Part shown: positions 51,201-61,667 of the stretch, piece by piece
Layout of the letters: each line of letters opens with the position of its first letter
Numbering within the stretch: the first letter of the stretch is position 1
Assembly: GCA_016871445.1 (NCBI GenBank)
Contig: VHDH01000004.1
Span: forward strand, 4,435 to 68,434
Direction: 5' to 3'
Length of the DNA: 64,000 bases
Source: Verrucomicrobiota bacterium
GTDB taxonomy: Bacteria > Verrucomicrobiota > Verrucomicrobiia > Limisphaerales > SXTU01
The notes under the pieces: model-generated
The model's input: only the letters and a program-made list of their open reading frames with translations
What the model was told of the DNA's origin: nothing
Databases searched by the model: none
Translations under genes and position numbers: made by a program

Positions 51201-53153
51201 CTACTTGATTTCCACGATGCAATCAAACAACTCACCCAGGCGCTTGCCGCCGCGCGTAATATCGAAGGCCACGTGACGGATGCCGGGCGGAGCGTCCGCA
51301 GCAGCGGCGAGACGGAGAGTGAACTGCGTGCGGCTTTGCGCCGGCACCGTGCTGGCCCAGCGGCCCGACGTGGCGGACAAGCCCGGTGGCGCGTGCGACA
51401 GGATGTCGAAGGCCACCGGCTTGGCTTCGAAGTTGCGCACGTTCACCGTCACCTCGACCGTCTCGCCGCGCTTCACAGACATGCGATGTGGATCGGCGCG
51501 CACCCAGAACGGGTCGAACCACCAGCGATACTCCGGCTCACTACTCAAACCACGAAACGCATCGCGCATTTCATAGCTCCACTTGCGATAGCGCTCGATG
51601 AACGCCGCGGGCTTGTCCATCACGTAGCTGTGGCCACCGAGCAGGATGTCCGGCTTGAGCTTGGTGAGATACTCGGCGGCAACGATGTAACCTTCCTCCA
51701 GCACGCTGCTCGTGCGCGAGGACATCGCTTCGTGACCATTCTGCGTTGGGTCAGCAGGGTTGCCGAAAATATTGTCGCCCGTGAACGCGACTTTGCGTCC
51801 GTCCACCGCCCCTGTCAGGCACAGCGCGAACTCCGTCTGGCCCGGCATCCAGTCCACCGTGAAGCGCGTGCCCTCCCAAGTAAACTGCTCACCTGGTTTG
51901 AACAGCCGGTCAAACTTAATACGCTCGACGCCGTTGCCGTAAGCCTGAATTGGTGCCGCATAGTCGAAGGCTTCCGGCCGTTCACACATCGGAGCCATCA
52001 TCTCCAGCGCCCAAAGCTGCGCGCCCCACTTCTGCTTGAGATGCGGGGCTTGCAAGAAGTGGTCGCCATGCATGTGGGTAAGCACCATCGCATCAATCGC
52101 TTTTAACCCATAATGCTGACGCAAGCCTTCGATGGCACTGTCGAGCACGTTGGTTTGCAGCAGCCCGCAATCCACTACCAGCCCGCGCCCACTGTCGGAG
52201 AGCACGAGATAGAAATTTGGGAAAAAGCCTGGCCCGCGAAATTTGAAAATGTGCGGCGAAACTTGCCAGACGTTCGGTACTTTTGTCGGGGTGGAAGTTT
52301 TATCCTGCACCGCGCCGGCGAAGGTCGTTACCGGATAGCCGCGCACGAGCAGGCGCTCAAGTTTGAAGAGCTTTTGCTGGAACTCTTCGAGCTGCGTCTT
52401 TGCTTTGGGGAGGGGCGGCCCGTGCGCTGGCAACAGCCAAGCGGGGTCATACGCGGCGACCTGCGCGGCGGAGTTAGCAATGGCCCAGATACCAGCGGCA
52501 AAACCGTAATCCCAATCCGTGTCAAACCACGTGTGCATCTTGGCGCCGTCCACCATCAGGTCACCAGAAAAAGCCAGCCAACGGCCACCATCGTTAAGCA
52601 GGTAGGACATCCCGCCGGGGGAATTACCGCGTGTGTCCAGGCAGCGGAACTCGCGCCCACGCCACGTGAACGTGTCCATCTTCCCAAACGTCTGGTCGAG
52701 CTTGATGGCTTCGACCGGCGGGCGCACGAAGCTTGACCCATGCACGGTGAAGGCGTCCCCGAGGCGCACGTTCATTTTGCGGAAGCTCGTGGGATTCTCA
52801 AAGAGCGCGCGCTCGGCGTCGGGCGCGGCGAGCTTCACACCGCGACCGGCGAGCTTGGGCGCACCCTGGCACTGCTCGCGGTGATGATGCGTGAACAGCA
52901 CCCACTCGACGCGCTTCACGCCTATTTCGGCGAGATGGTCCAGCACACTGCCGTCGCCCAAGTCAATCAGCAGCGCGGCATCGCCATCGCGGATGATGTG
53001 AACATTGCAGGTGTCGGTCCAAGTGAAGAGGTTTGGGTGGCGCGCGGCATCCGGCTGAGTGAAGCGCGGGGCGCCAACCGCCATCAGCGCCGAGGCAACC
53101 AAGAAAAGCGTGGTCAGGTGAACTAGAAGGAAGTTTTGGCGAGAAGAATTCAT
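51201..53153 (-). CDS. secreted tandem metallo-beta-lactamase-fold protein
   Basis: Signal peptide. The first MBL motif is degenerate (FTHHHREQCQG), the second canonical (LTHMHGDH). Beta-sandwich-like C-terminal roughly 100 aa. Confidence 0.8.
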   Translation of the reverse strand: MNSSRQNFLLVHLTTLFLVASALMAVGAPRFTQPDAARHPNLFTWTDTCNVHIIRDGDAALLIDLGDGSVLDHLAEIGVKRVEWVLFTHHHREQCQGAPKLAGRGVKLAAPDAERALFENPTSFRKMNVRLGDAFTVHGSSFVRPPVEAIKLDQTFGKMDTFTWRGREFRCLDTRGNSPGGMSYLLNDGGRWLAFSGDLMVDGAKMHTWFDTDWDYGFAAGIWAIANSAAQVAAYDPAWLLPAHGPPLPKAKTQLEEFQQKLFKLERLLVRGYPVTTFAGAVQDKTSTPTKVPNVWQVSPHIFKFRGPGFFPNFYLVLSDSGRGLVVDCGLLQTNVLDSAIEGLRQHYGLKAIDAMVLTHMHGDHFLQAPHLKQKWGAQLWALEMMAPMCERPEAFDYAAPIQAYGNGVERIKFDRLFKPGEQFTWEGTRFTVDWMPGQTEFALCLTGAVDGRKVAFTGDNIFGNPADPTQNGHEAMSSRTSSVLEEGYIVAAEYLTKLKPDILLGGHSYVMDKPAAFIERYRKWSYEMRDAFRGLSSEPEYRWWFDPFWVRADPHRMSVKRGETVEVTVNVRNFEAKPVAFDILSHAPPGLSATSGRWASTVPAQSRTQFTLRLAAAADAPPGIRHVAFDITRGGKRLGELFDCIVEIK

Positions 53154-53166
53154 GCGTGAGCAACGA

Positions 53167-54279
53167 CTATGGATTGCCGTGCTTGTTTTTCAACCATCGC
53201 AGCGCATCCAGCTCTCCGTGGAGCTTCAACCGGTCGAAGTAGATGAGCGCCTCACGCTCTGGGATGCGGGCGAGCATGTCCGTGAGAGGCGTGAGCTCCC
53301 GTATGGACTGACGATGTGCATCCAGTTCCGCCAACCGGTCTCGCACCGTTCGGCCATCGCTGCCGAACGCTGAATCAGGGGATTGTGAGGCGAGAAAATT
53401 TCTCTCAATGGACATTCCCATCAATTCACCCACGAGCGTTCGTCCCGACTGGCCCTCCATCTGCCACGCCAGATTGAGCCCGATTTGACTGACGGCTTGT
53501 GCTGAGTTGGCGTCGCCTGCCTGGGCGTATTGTTTCCGCAACTCGGTCATCTGCGGGACGAGTTCCCGCAACGATTTAAGATGGGGCAACTCCACGCCGA
53601 ACATGGCGGCTGCCTTCGACTCGAGCGCTCCATATCCGGCTGAAAGGAATGCCTCCTCGGCGCTCTGGGCATGGTCGTGCGTGTAGTCCTGGAGACGGTT
53701 CTTCCCGCCCACCTGCAACAGGTCTTTCACTCCGTCATCCGTGCGGCCGGACTTGAAGTGGTCGAGCGCGGACAAGTAGTCGCCGAGCGGATTGTCGCGT
53801 GCGAGCTGTCGAAAGGCATCGAGCGCCTTGCGTTTCTCCTCGGGGGTTGTGCCGCGCAGGGCGAGGTCCAGTTGCACACGCGGGTCGTTGGGAAACCTTT
53901 CCGCGGCCTCGCGTAACAGACTAAGGTTGCGGGTCAGGCGCGCCGCCGCCAGAAGCGCCTCGGCGCTGCGTTTGTTCTGCTGGAGATAAGCCTCGGCCTG
54001 TTCCGGCGTTAACTTCAAAACCTCGCCTTTCAACAATTTGGCCAACGGGTTGGGCACGGCTGCTTCTGGCACGGACTCGCCTGGCCCAGGCGTCTGAGGC
54101 AAGCGCGGTGCAGGCAACCGAGGACGCCGCGGTTCGTGAAGCGTAGCGTTGGTGGTGGGCTTCGACTCCGGCTTCGAGCTGGCAGGGCTAACTTCGGCGG
54201 GAGGACGCCGCGTAACCATCACCACTGCCATGCCAAGCAACAGCCCCACCGCCATCATCGTAAATGATCGTGAATTCAT
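53167..54279 (-). CDS. membrane-anchored helical protein, unknown function
   Basis: ATG 54279; TM MMAVGLLLGMAVVMV, then a Pro-rich linker and a roughly 280-aa helical body. 13 nt upstream of the MBL gene on the same strand. Confidence 0.6.
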   Translation of the reverse strand: MNSRSFTMMAVGLLLGMAVVMVTRRPPAEVSPASSKPESKPTTNATLHEPRRPRLPAPRLPQTPGPGESVPEAAVPNPLAKLLKGEVLKLTPEQAEAYLQQNKRSAEALLAAARLTRNLSLLREAAERFPNDPRVQLDLALRGTTPEEKRKALDAFRQLARDNPLGDYLSALDHFKSGRTDDGVKDLLQVGGKNRLQDYTHDHAQSAEEAFLSAGYGALESKAAAMFGVELPHLKSLRELVPQMTELRKQYAQAGDANSAQAVSQIGLNLAWQMEGQSGRTLVGELMGMSIERNFLASQSPDSAFGSDGRTVRDRLAELDAHRQSIRELTPLTDMLARIPEREALIYFDRLKLHGELDALRWLKNKHGNP

Positions 54280-54443
54280 GTTCGGTAGAGTGCCCGTGCG
54301 GCCAAATGGTTCATTTGGACTGGAAGGTCGGCGAGGCAACCACCTCGTGAATCAGCGCCCGATGGCCCCAGTCGCGAGCACAGTCAGCACGGCAAACCCA
54401 ACTAGGTGCAACGAAAAAGACAACCAGCCACTTTCAAGGTTAT

Positions 54444-55043
54444 TCAGTGGTCGAGGCGGACAACGCTACCTATGAGTTTTAGCAAAGCGCTTCTCCCCTC
54501 GTGAGCCGTGGCCGAGCTGCTGAACATCTCGGGCACTCGCTCGAACCGCGCGGCCATCTCAGCGCGGAATAGTTTCATGTGAAGGGCCAACTTTGTTTTC
54601 GAAACTGCATCTGACTTAGTGAACACGACCAAGAACGGTACCTCGGCGTCTGCCAGCCAGTCCACAAACTCCAAGTCGAGCCTTTGCGGCTCGTGGCGCG
54701 AGTCAATGAGCAGGAAGACCAGTTCGAGGCTTTCACGCTTGGTAAGGTAATCTGCCACAAATGCGCTAAACTTACTTCGGTCCTCGCGGGCGACCTTGGC
54801 GTAGCCGTAACCCGGCAGGTCCACGAGATACCACGCGTCATCGACACGAAAGAAGTTGATAAGCTTGGTGTGACCGGGTGTGGCCGAGACGTGCGCGAGG
54901 TTCTTGCGCCCAGCCAGCAGGTTGAGCAGCGACGACTTGCCGACGTTCGAGCGACCGATAAAAGCAAATTCCGGCAGCGAAGGTTCTGGGCAGGCCGCCA
55001 GGCTCGGCGCGCTAGTTTCAAACTGGGCCTTTTTGAGCTGCAT
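54444..55043 (-). CDS. engB: ribosome-biogenesis GTPase YihA/EngB
   Basis: G1 GRSNVGKSSLLN, G3 DLPGYG, G4 TKSD. 199 aa from ATG 55043. Confidence 0.92.
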   Translation of the reverse strand: MQLKKAQFETSAPSLAACPEPSLPEFAFIGRSNVGKSSLLNLLAGRKNLAHVSATPGHTKLINFFRVDDAWYLVDLPGYGYAKVAREDRSKFSAFVADYLTKRESLELVFLLIDSRHEPQRLDLEFVDWLADAEVPFLVVFTKSDAVSKTKLALHMKLFRAEMAARFERVPEMFSSSATAHEGRSALLKLIGSVVRLDH

Positions 55044-55310
55044 TCGCACAGCCTAGCCAGTCGCACAACCGGGCACGATGCTTTTCTATTTGGTGCGAGG
55101 GCAAATTTATTTCCCCCCCTTGGCGGTTGTTTCACGGGTAACAGACTCTGCCCAAGTCAAACTGCTTGCCCATGATGGCATTTTTAAACCGCGTCGCTCT
55201 GCACTGCCGACTGGCTGCGGTTGCACGGTCTGATGGCGGAGTGAGTAGCGAGCTAACTGCATCTCAGTTGTTCGTTGCCACCCGTTACTGCCTCGTTAAC
55301 CTTCGCAACC

Positions 55311-56483
55311 ATGAAGCAGATGATGTCAATACTGGTTGGCTCAGCGCTCTTGGTGCTCCCAGCGCAGGCAGATTTAAAGTCCGATGTCGCCGCCATTCGA
55401 CAAGTCGGTGGCGAAGGCAAGGGCAACGTCCAGGCCGCCGCCGCGTGGCAGTCGCTCGCGAAGGGCGGCGCGCAAACGCTCGTGCCGCTGCTGGCCGCGA
55501 TGGATGACGCCAACGACTTCGCCGCGAATTATCTCCGCTCCGCCGTGGACGCCATCGCTGACCGCGAACTGGCCGCCGGGCGCAAACTGCCGCAGGACGA
55601 CTTGGAGAAATTCCTCGCCGACACGAAGCACAATCCCCGCGCGCGCCGACTGGCCTACGAGTTGGTTGCACGCATCGCCCCCGCGGCCGGCGAGAAGCTG
55701 CTGCCCACGTTTCTCAACGACCCGAGCATCGAGTTGCGACGCGATGCCGTGCAGCGGCTCATTGACGCGGCGGACAAGGCGCTCGCCGCGCAGGACCAAG
55801 CCGCCGCCACGAAGGAGTTTTCCAACGCGCTGACCTACGCGCGCGACGAGGCGCAAATCAAGAAGGTCGCCGGCGAATTGCGGAAGCTCGGGCAGGAGGT
55901 GGACTTGCCGAAGCACTTCGGTTTCCTCACGCACTGGAAGCTCATCGGCGCGTTCGATAACACCAAGCTCGTGGGCTTCGACACCGCGTATCCGCCGGAG
56001 CAGGCCGTGGACCTCGCGGCGAGCTATCCCGGCAAACTAGAGACCGCGCGCTGGGTGGACGTGGCCACGCCGAACGACTACGGCATGGTGGATTTCAACA
56101 AGCCCTTCGGCGACATGAAGGGCGTGACCGGCTACGCCTACACGGAGTTTAACGCGGCGACGGCGCGGCCGGCTGAGTTGCGGCTGGGCTGCAAGAACGG
56201 CTGGAAAGTCTGGTTCAACGGCAAGCTGCTCTTCGGGCGCGACGAGTATCATCGCGGCGCGCGCATTGACCAATATCGGCTGCCGGTCGAGCTGAAGGCG
56301 GGCAAGAACACCATCCTCGTGAAGGTCTGCCAGAACGAGGAAGTTAAGGACTGGACGAAAGAATGGGAGTTCCAGCTCCGCGTGTGCGACGCGACCGGCA
56401 CGGCGATCCTGGCGAAAGACCGGCCAGCGACGCCGAAGGGGCCGGTGAGCGCGAAGAAGGCGGAGGCAAAGCAAGCGAAGTAG
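55311..56483 (+). CDS. secreted protein: HEAT-like helical N-half plus jelly-roll (galactose-binding-like) C-half
   Basis: Signal MKQMMSILVGSALLVLPAQA. The C-half reads LRLGCKNGWKVWFNGKLLFGRDEYH...KAGKNTILVKVCQNE...EFQLRV. Confidence 0.7.
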   Translation: MKQMMSILVGSALLVLPAQADLKSDVAAIRQVGGEGKGNVQAAAAWQSLAKGGAQTLVPLLAAMDDANDFAANYLRSAVDAIADRELAAGRKLPQDDLEKFLADTKHNPRARRLAYELVARIAPAAGEKLLPTFLNDPSIELRRDAVQRLIDAADKALAAQDQAAATKEFSNALTYARDEAQIKKVAGELRKLGQEVDLPKHFGFLTHWKLIGAFDNTKLVGFDTAYPPEQAVDLAASYPGKLETARWVDVATPNDYGMVDFNKPFGDMKGVTGYAYTEFNAATARPAELRLGCKNGWKVWFNGKLLFGRDEYHRGARIDQYRLPVELKAGKNTILVKVCQNEEVKDWTKEWEFQLRVCDATGTAILAKDRPATPKGPVSAKKAEAKQAK

Positions 56484-56509
56484 CTAGTTCGTCGATTCAT
56501 CTGAGCCGC

Positions 56510-56857
56510 ATGAGTTCCGAAGACGTCAAAAAGCGCCGGTGGCGAATCTTTGCGACGGTTTGCCTTGCCGGTTACGTCGGGACGCATTTCGCACTGTCAA
56601 GGATTTCATGTCTGCGGGTGCAGCGTGACTGGGGCATTCGGGACAGTTTCATCCACCTACCGGTGAAGCCAGATTTGCTGGCCGACCACGAGCGTCCGTT
56701 GCTCTACATCCATCATGCGCAGCGTTGGTTCTTCCTTCCAATTTGGAAACTCGACAATTTTATCCTCGGCGGGCCATACCCTATGAGGAGTATTTCAATC
56801 AGAAGTTTGGACGGAAGCTCGCATTCCAGCAAATCTGCTCCTCGTTGGACCGCTTAA
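56510..56857 (+). CDS. possible 115-aa single-TM protein
   Basis: ATG 56510; MSSEDVKKRRWRIFATVCLAGYVGTHFAL. It fills the gap between two same-strand genes and has no motif. Confidence 0.35.
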   Translation: MSSEDVKKRRWRIFATVCLAGYVGTHFALSRISCLRVQRDWGIRDSFIHLPVKPDLLADHERPLLYIHHAQRWFFLPIWKLDNFILGGPYPMRSISIRSLDGSSHSSKSAPRWTA

Positions 56858-56873
56858 TCGAAATCGATTTCCC

Positions 56874-58082
56874 ATGAAACCTAGTCCCACATCCCTCCTC
56901 GCCGCCATTCTGTTCGCCTCCGCCGCGTTCGCCTCCGCCGCTGACTGGCTCCAGTTCCGCGGCCCGGGCGGCACGGGGATTTCGCCCGAGGCAAACTTGC
57001 CTGTGCAGCTTGGCGAGAAGTCCGTCACGTGGAAGGCCGCGTTGACCGGGCGCGGGTTGTCCAGCCCGGTCATCGTCGGCGACCGAGTGTTCCTCACGGC
57101 GTCGAGCGGCGTGGAGCAGGATCGCTTGCACGTGGTCTGCCTCAGCGCGAAGGACGGCAGGAAACTTTGGGAGCGGCAGTTCTGGGCCACAGGCCGCACG
57201 ATGACGCATCCCAAGACCTGCGTGGCTGCCAACACGCCGTGCAGCGATGGAAAGCGGCTGTTCTGCCAGTTCTCCTCGAACGACATTCTCTGTCTCGACC
57301 TCGACGGCAACGTGCTTTGGCTGCGCGGCCTTGGGCGCGATTACCCCAACGCGAGCAACAGCCTCGGCATGGCGGCGTCGCCTATCGTCGTGGGCGACAC
57401 GCTCGTGGTGCCCGTGGAGAACGACAGCGAGTCCTTCAGCGCGGGGCTCGACGTGGCGACAGGCGCGACGCGTTGGAAGCGCGAGCGGCCCAAGCTCGCG
57501 AGCTGGGCGTCGCCGGTCGCGCTGCCCGGCGCGGCGGGTCCGCTCGTGCTGCTGCAATCCGGCCCCGGCCTGAGCGTCGTGGACGCGCGCACCGGCCAGG
57601 AGGCGTGGTATTACACCGACGGCGCTTCCACGATGTCTTCCTCCGTCTTCACCGGGGGCATTCTCTACGTGCCGACGAAGGGCATGGCCGCGATGAAGCC
57701 GGGCGCAGCCGGCGCGCATCCCGAAGTGCTGTGGCAGAACAACCAACTCACGCCGTCCACCGCCAGCCCGGTCGTGCTCGCTGGCAAAGTCTTCACGCTA
57801 AACAACGCGGGCATTCTCAGTGCCGCCGACGCGAAAGACGGCAAGCGACTTTGGCAACTCCGCACCACGGGGCCTTACAGCGCCACGCCCATCGGCTTCG
57901 GCAAACACCTCTACCTCGTCAGCGAGAAGGGCCTTGTGCAAGTCGTGGACGTGACCGCGCCGGAAGGCAAAGTGGTCAGCACGCTGGACCTAAAGGACAC
58001 CATCATCGGCACACCGAGCATCGCGGGTGGCGCGGTCTATGTGCGGAGTGACAAGCTGTTGGTAAAACTGGGCGGCACGTGA
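56874..58082 (+). CDS. secreted PQQ-like beta-propeller repeat protein (BamB-like fold)
   Basis: Signal MKPSPTSLLAAILFASAAFASAADW. Recurring SSPVIVGDRVF / ASPIVVGDTLV / ASPVVLAGKVF / GTPSIAGGAVYV blades. Confidence 0.82.
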   Translation: MKPSPTSLLAAILFASAAFASAADWLQFRGPGGTGISPEANLPVQLGEKSVTWKAALTGRGLSSPVIVGDRVFLTASSGVEQDRLHVVCLSAKDGRKLWERQFWATGRTMTHPKTCVAANTPCSDGKRLFCQFSSNDILCLDLDGNVLWLRGLGRDYPNASNSLGMAASPIVVGDTLVVPVENDSESFSAGLDVATGATRWKRERPKLASWASPVALPGAAGPLVLLQSGPGLSVVDARTGQEAWYYTDGASTMSSSVFTGGILYVPTKGMAAMKPGAAGAHPEVLWQNNQLTPSTASPVVLAGKVFTLNNAGILSAADAKDGKRLWQLRTTGPYSATPIGFGKHLYLVSEKGLVQVVDVTAPEGKVVSTLDLKDTIIGTPSIAGGAVYVRSDKLLVKLGGT

Positions 58083-58184
58083 GGTTCATGGTCGCGTGCC
58101 ATCGCGTCACCCTGACTCGGCCACCGCGAGTGCTCCCAAACAAACGGGGTTGATTGACGTTGAGCCGAGACCCATCGGCCTGCC

Positions 58185-59651
58185 TCACAACAGCCGTGCT
58201 TGCAACTCGTCCTTTGCGAGTGCCTCGCCGAGGCTTTCTACCCGAGCACGGCGGCGTTCCATGATGTTCTTCTCCAGCTTGGAATCGTAGGCCACGGGAT
58301 AATTGCCGTCATAACAGGCCATGCAGAAGCCGGCACGCGGATGGCCCGTGGCCTTCACCATGCCGTCCAGCGAGAGGTAGTGCAATGAGTCAGCGTTAAG
58401 ATACTTACGGATCTCGTCGAGCGAGTGATTCGCAGCCATCAGCTTATTGCGGTCAGGAAAATCTATGCCGTAAACACACGGGTGCATGTGTGGCGGGCAG
58501 GAAACTAGCACATGAACCTCCTTCGCCCCGGCCTCCTTGAGATTGTTGACGCGCGCCTTGCAAGTGGTGCCGCGCACGATGGAGTCGTCGACAATGATGA
58601 CGCGTTTGTTCCGCACCATCTCCGTGATCAAATTAAGTTTCACACGGACATTGAAGTCACGGATGAGCTGCGAAGGTTGGAGGAAACTGCGGCCAACGTA
58701 ATGGTTGCGGACGAAGGCCATCTCGAAAGGAATGCCGCTCTCGAGTGAGTATCCCAGCGCCGCGCAGTTCCCGCTGTCTGGGACGGGCACCACGATGTCC
58801 GCCGCGATGGGATGCTCGCGTGCGAGTTGCCGACCCATTTCGACGCGGGTTCGATAAACGTTACGCCCGTCAAGATTCGAATCCGGCCGCGCGAAATAGA
58901 CGTATTCGAAGATGCAAAATGCGCGCCGCTCTTGCGCCGGGAAGGCTTGGACGCTGCGCACGCCATCCTTGCTGATGATGACCACCTCGCCAGGCGCAAT
59001 GTCGCGCACGAATTTGGCGTGGATGAGGTCAAAGGCGCAGGTCTCGCTGGATAGCACCCACGCATCCCCAACCTTGCCAAGCGATAATGGCCGAAAGCCG
59101 TGCGGGTCGCGCACGCCGATCAACTCATGCTCTGTCATGATGACCAGCGAAAACGCTCCCTCTATGCGGCGGACGGTATTAATGAGAGAGCTTTCGCCAC
59201 GCGGGTCGTTGGGCTGCGCCATTAGGTGCAAAATAATCTCGCTGTCCACCGTGGTTTGGAAGATGGAGCCTTTGGCTTCCAACTCCTCGCGTAGCTGAGC
59301 GGCGTTAGTCAGGTTGCCGTTGTGAGCCACGGCAATCTGACCGCGCGCACAATCCACGGTCAGCGGCTGGGCGTTGCGTATATGCGAGGAGCCTGTGGTA
59401 GAATAACGGGTGTGGCCCACGGCCATATCGCCCACAAGCTTATGCAAGATGGAACCTTGAAAAATCTGCGGCACCAGACCCATGCCCTTGTGCTCGCGAA
59501 ACTGGCGGCCGTCGCAAGTAACGATGCCCGCACTCTCCTGCCCGCGATGCTGAAGCGCATAGAGGCCGTAATAAGTAAGCTCTGCGGCGTTCGGATGACC
59601 GAAGATGCCAAAAACTCCGCAGTAATGTTTCGGGTGGTCGGGTGACTGCAT
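58185..59651 (-). CDS. purF: amidophosphoribosyltransferase
   Basis: N-terminal CGVFGIFGH (Ntn Cys after a short propeptide), PRTase loop VIIVDDSIVRGTT, and a Cys-rich C-terminal region. Start trimmed to ATG 59651. Confidence 0.93.
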   Translation of the reverse strand: MQSPDHPKHYCGVFGIFGHPNAAELTYYGLYALQHRGQESAGIVTCDGRQFREHKGMGLVPQIFQGSILHKLVGDMAVGHTRYSTTGSSHIRNAQPLTVDCARGQIAVAHNGNLTNAAQLREELEAKGSIFQTTVDSEIILHLMAQPNDPRGESSLINTVRRIEGAFSLVIMTEHELIGVRDPHGFRPLSLGKVGDAWVLSSETCAFDLIHAKFVRDIAPGEVVIISKDGVRSVQAFPAQERRAFCIFEYVYFARPDSNLDGRNVYRTRVEMGRQLAREHPIAADIVVPVPDSGNCAALGYSLESGIPFEMAFVRNHYVGRSFLQPSQLIRDFNVRVKLNLITEMVRNKRVIIVDDSIVRGTTCKARVNNLKEAGAKEVHVLVSCPPHMHPCVYGIDFPDRNKLMAANHSLDEIRKYLNADSLHYLSLDGMVKATGHPRAGFCMACYDGNYPVAYDSKLEKNIMERRRARVESLGEALAKDELQARLL

Positions 59652-59766
59652 CGGCGCGCGGCGAGACTCAAGCGGACGCCCCGCGGGTTGGCAAGCGGAG
59701 AAGTGACCGGAACCTTTTTGACTTCGCGCGCAGCTTCCCGTTCCCTTACTCCTCGTTCGCGCAATC

Positions 59767-60747
59767 ATGCCCACCATCGAAGTCCAAGGCCTCACCAAGA
59801 CCTTCCGTACCTATAAAAAGCAGCCTGGATTCGCAGGTGCAGTGCGCGGGCTATTCCGCCGCGATTACCAGCAGACGGTTGCGGCTAAAGACGTGAGTTT
59901 CGCCATTGAGGAGGGTGAACTAGTCGGCTTCCTGGGTCCCAACGGCGCCGGTAAAACCACCACGTTAAAAATGCTCGCCGGGCTGCTTTATCCCACCAGC
60001 GGCCAAGCGCGGGTGCTGGGCCACGTGCCATGGGAGCGCGCGGACGGCTACCGCCGGCAATTCGCCCTGCTGCTCGGGCAGAAGAACCAGCTTTGGTGGG
60101 ATTTGCCGGCGCGTGAATCGCTGGAGCTGAACGCAAAAATTTACGGGATTGAGCGCAGCGTATTTGAGCAAACCATAAACGAGCTTACCGAATTGCTCGA
60201 CGTTAAGGACAAGTTAAACGTCATGGTGCGCGAATTGTCATTGGGCGAGCGCATGAAACTGGAATTAACTGCCGCGCTGCTACACCAGCCCAAGGTGCTC
60301 TTCCTCGACGAGCCGACCATCGGGCTTGACGTCGTATCCCAGAAGCGGGTTCGGGAGTTTCTCCGCCACCATAATGCGACCCGCCGAACAACCATTTTGC
60401 TCACGAGCCACTACATGGCGGATATCCAGGAGCTGTGTCAACGCGTCATCATCATCGACCGCGGTACAATCTTCTTTGACGGAAAGTTGAGCGCAGTGTT
60501 GGACCGTTTTGCCGACTTCAAGCTCGTAACCATCGAGTATGATCCTAGCGCAGTGGATGCGGCGGACAAGCTGAGCCAACACGGCGAGGTGGTCGAACGC
60601 ACAACCGGTGCCGTGAAGTTGAAGGTGAAACGCAAACACGTAGTGGCTGTCTGCCAAAGAATCTTTGACACCGTACCCGTGCACGACATTGACATCGAGG
60701 AGGTTCCCATTGAGGACATCATTCGCGAGTTGTTCGCGCGCAAATGA
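59767..60747 (+). CDS. ABC transporter ATP-binding protein (ABC-2 type) with a C-terminal extension
   Basis: Walker A GPNGAGKTT, signature LSLGERMK, Walker B LFLDEP. Confidence 0.9.
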   Translation: MPTIEVQGLTKTFRTYKKQPGFAGAVRGLFRRDYQQTVAAKDVSFAIEEGELVGFLGPNGAGKTTTLKMLAGLLYPTSGQARVLGHVPWERADGYRRQFALLLGQKNQLWWDLPARESLELNAKIYGIERSVFEQTINELTELLDVKDKLNVMVRELSLGERMKLELTAALLHQPKVLFLDEPTIGLDVVSQKRVREFLRHHNATRRTTILLTSHYMADIQELCQRVIIIDRGTIFFDGKLSAVLDRFADFKLVTIEYDPSAVDAADKLSQHGEVVERTTGAVKLKVKRKHVVAVCQRIFDTVPVHDIDIEEVPIEDIIRELFARK

Positions 60748-60816
60748 GCCAGACAACTACTTGCCCACGACATTTTCCCGTTGCGTGGTCGGGAACGTGG
60801 TTTAAGTTGACAATTG

Positions 60817-61632
60817 ATGAACGGTTTTAAGGAATTATTTCAGTTACGCGCGAGTGGCGAGGGAGCCGGTGCGGTTCAAGGCGGAGATTACGTGGCGGTA
60901 TTCATGCTGGGGCTGCTTTTGCTCATACTATGTGTAGGCGCCTTATTCGTCTGGATGGCAACTCGTCATTCGCGCGAACGTCGAGCCTGGGCCGAAGCGG
61001 AATTGCTCCGCCGTTCAAACAGCCGTTTAGCGGAAAACAACAAATTCAGGCCGGAGTATTTTGAATCACCGTGCCGCTGGATCGCTGTGCGTACAACCGA
61101 GCCGCGCGCGGTGCAAAAAGCTCTCAAGCTGGTCAACCCTACGCTCTGCACCTGGGCCGAAGGCATGGCCGAGGCGCGCGACCACCGAATCTTCATAACA
61201 CCGCCCATCGGCGAGTGGGTACTCGTGGTCGGACCTGGCTTGCCCGACCCCGGCGACGATGTGGACGAATGCTTCTATCTGCTTACCGAGCTGAGCCGCA
61301 AGCTCGGCCTGGTGCAGTTTTTCAGTCTGAATCGCGCTGTAGGACACCATGCTTGGGCGCGGCTCGACTCCGGAGAGGTGCTACGCGCCTATGCATGGGT
61401 TGGACATGTCGCGTGGAACCAGGGTCCGGCTAGCCCGGCAGAACTGGGCCTTGGGCTGAACTGTTTTGAGTATCATGAGCAACCAGAACGCCAGTGGAGC
61501 AACGCTCCCGATCCGCTCTTACAAAACCTCGAACGTTTGCCCATGCTAGCCGCACGCTGGAGCGTGGATCCGGCCGCGCTCGACGAGCGGCATTTCACGT
61601 CAGGTAATGGAATTGTCGGAGAAATCACCTGA
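60817..61632 (+). CDS. single-TM protein, unknown function
   Basis: TM VAVFMLGLLLLILCVGALFVWM followed by a roughly 200-aa soluble domain with no motif I recognise. Confidence 0.55.
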   Translation: MNGFKELFQLRASGEGAGAVQGGDYVAVFMLGLLLLILCVGALFVWMATRHSRERRAWAEAELLRRSNSRLAENNKFRPEYFESPCRWIAVRTTEPRAVQKALKLVNPTLCTWAEGMAEARDHRIFITPPIGEWVLVVGPGLPDPGDDVDECFYLLTELSRKLGLVQFFSLNRAVGHHAWARLDSGEVLRAYAWVGHVAWNQGPASPAELGLGLNCFEYHEQPERQWSNAPDPLLQNLERLPMLAARWSVDPAALDERHFTSGNGIVGEIT

Positions 61633-61667
61633 ACGCCGCTTCACGCGTGGCTCCAACCCAACCAACC

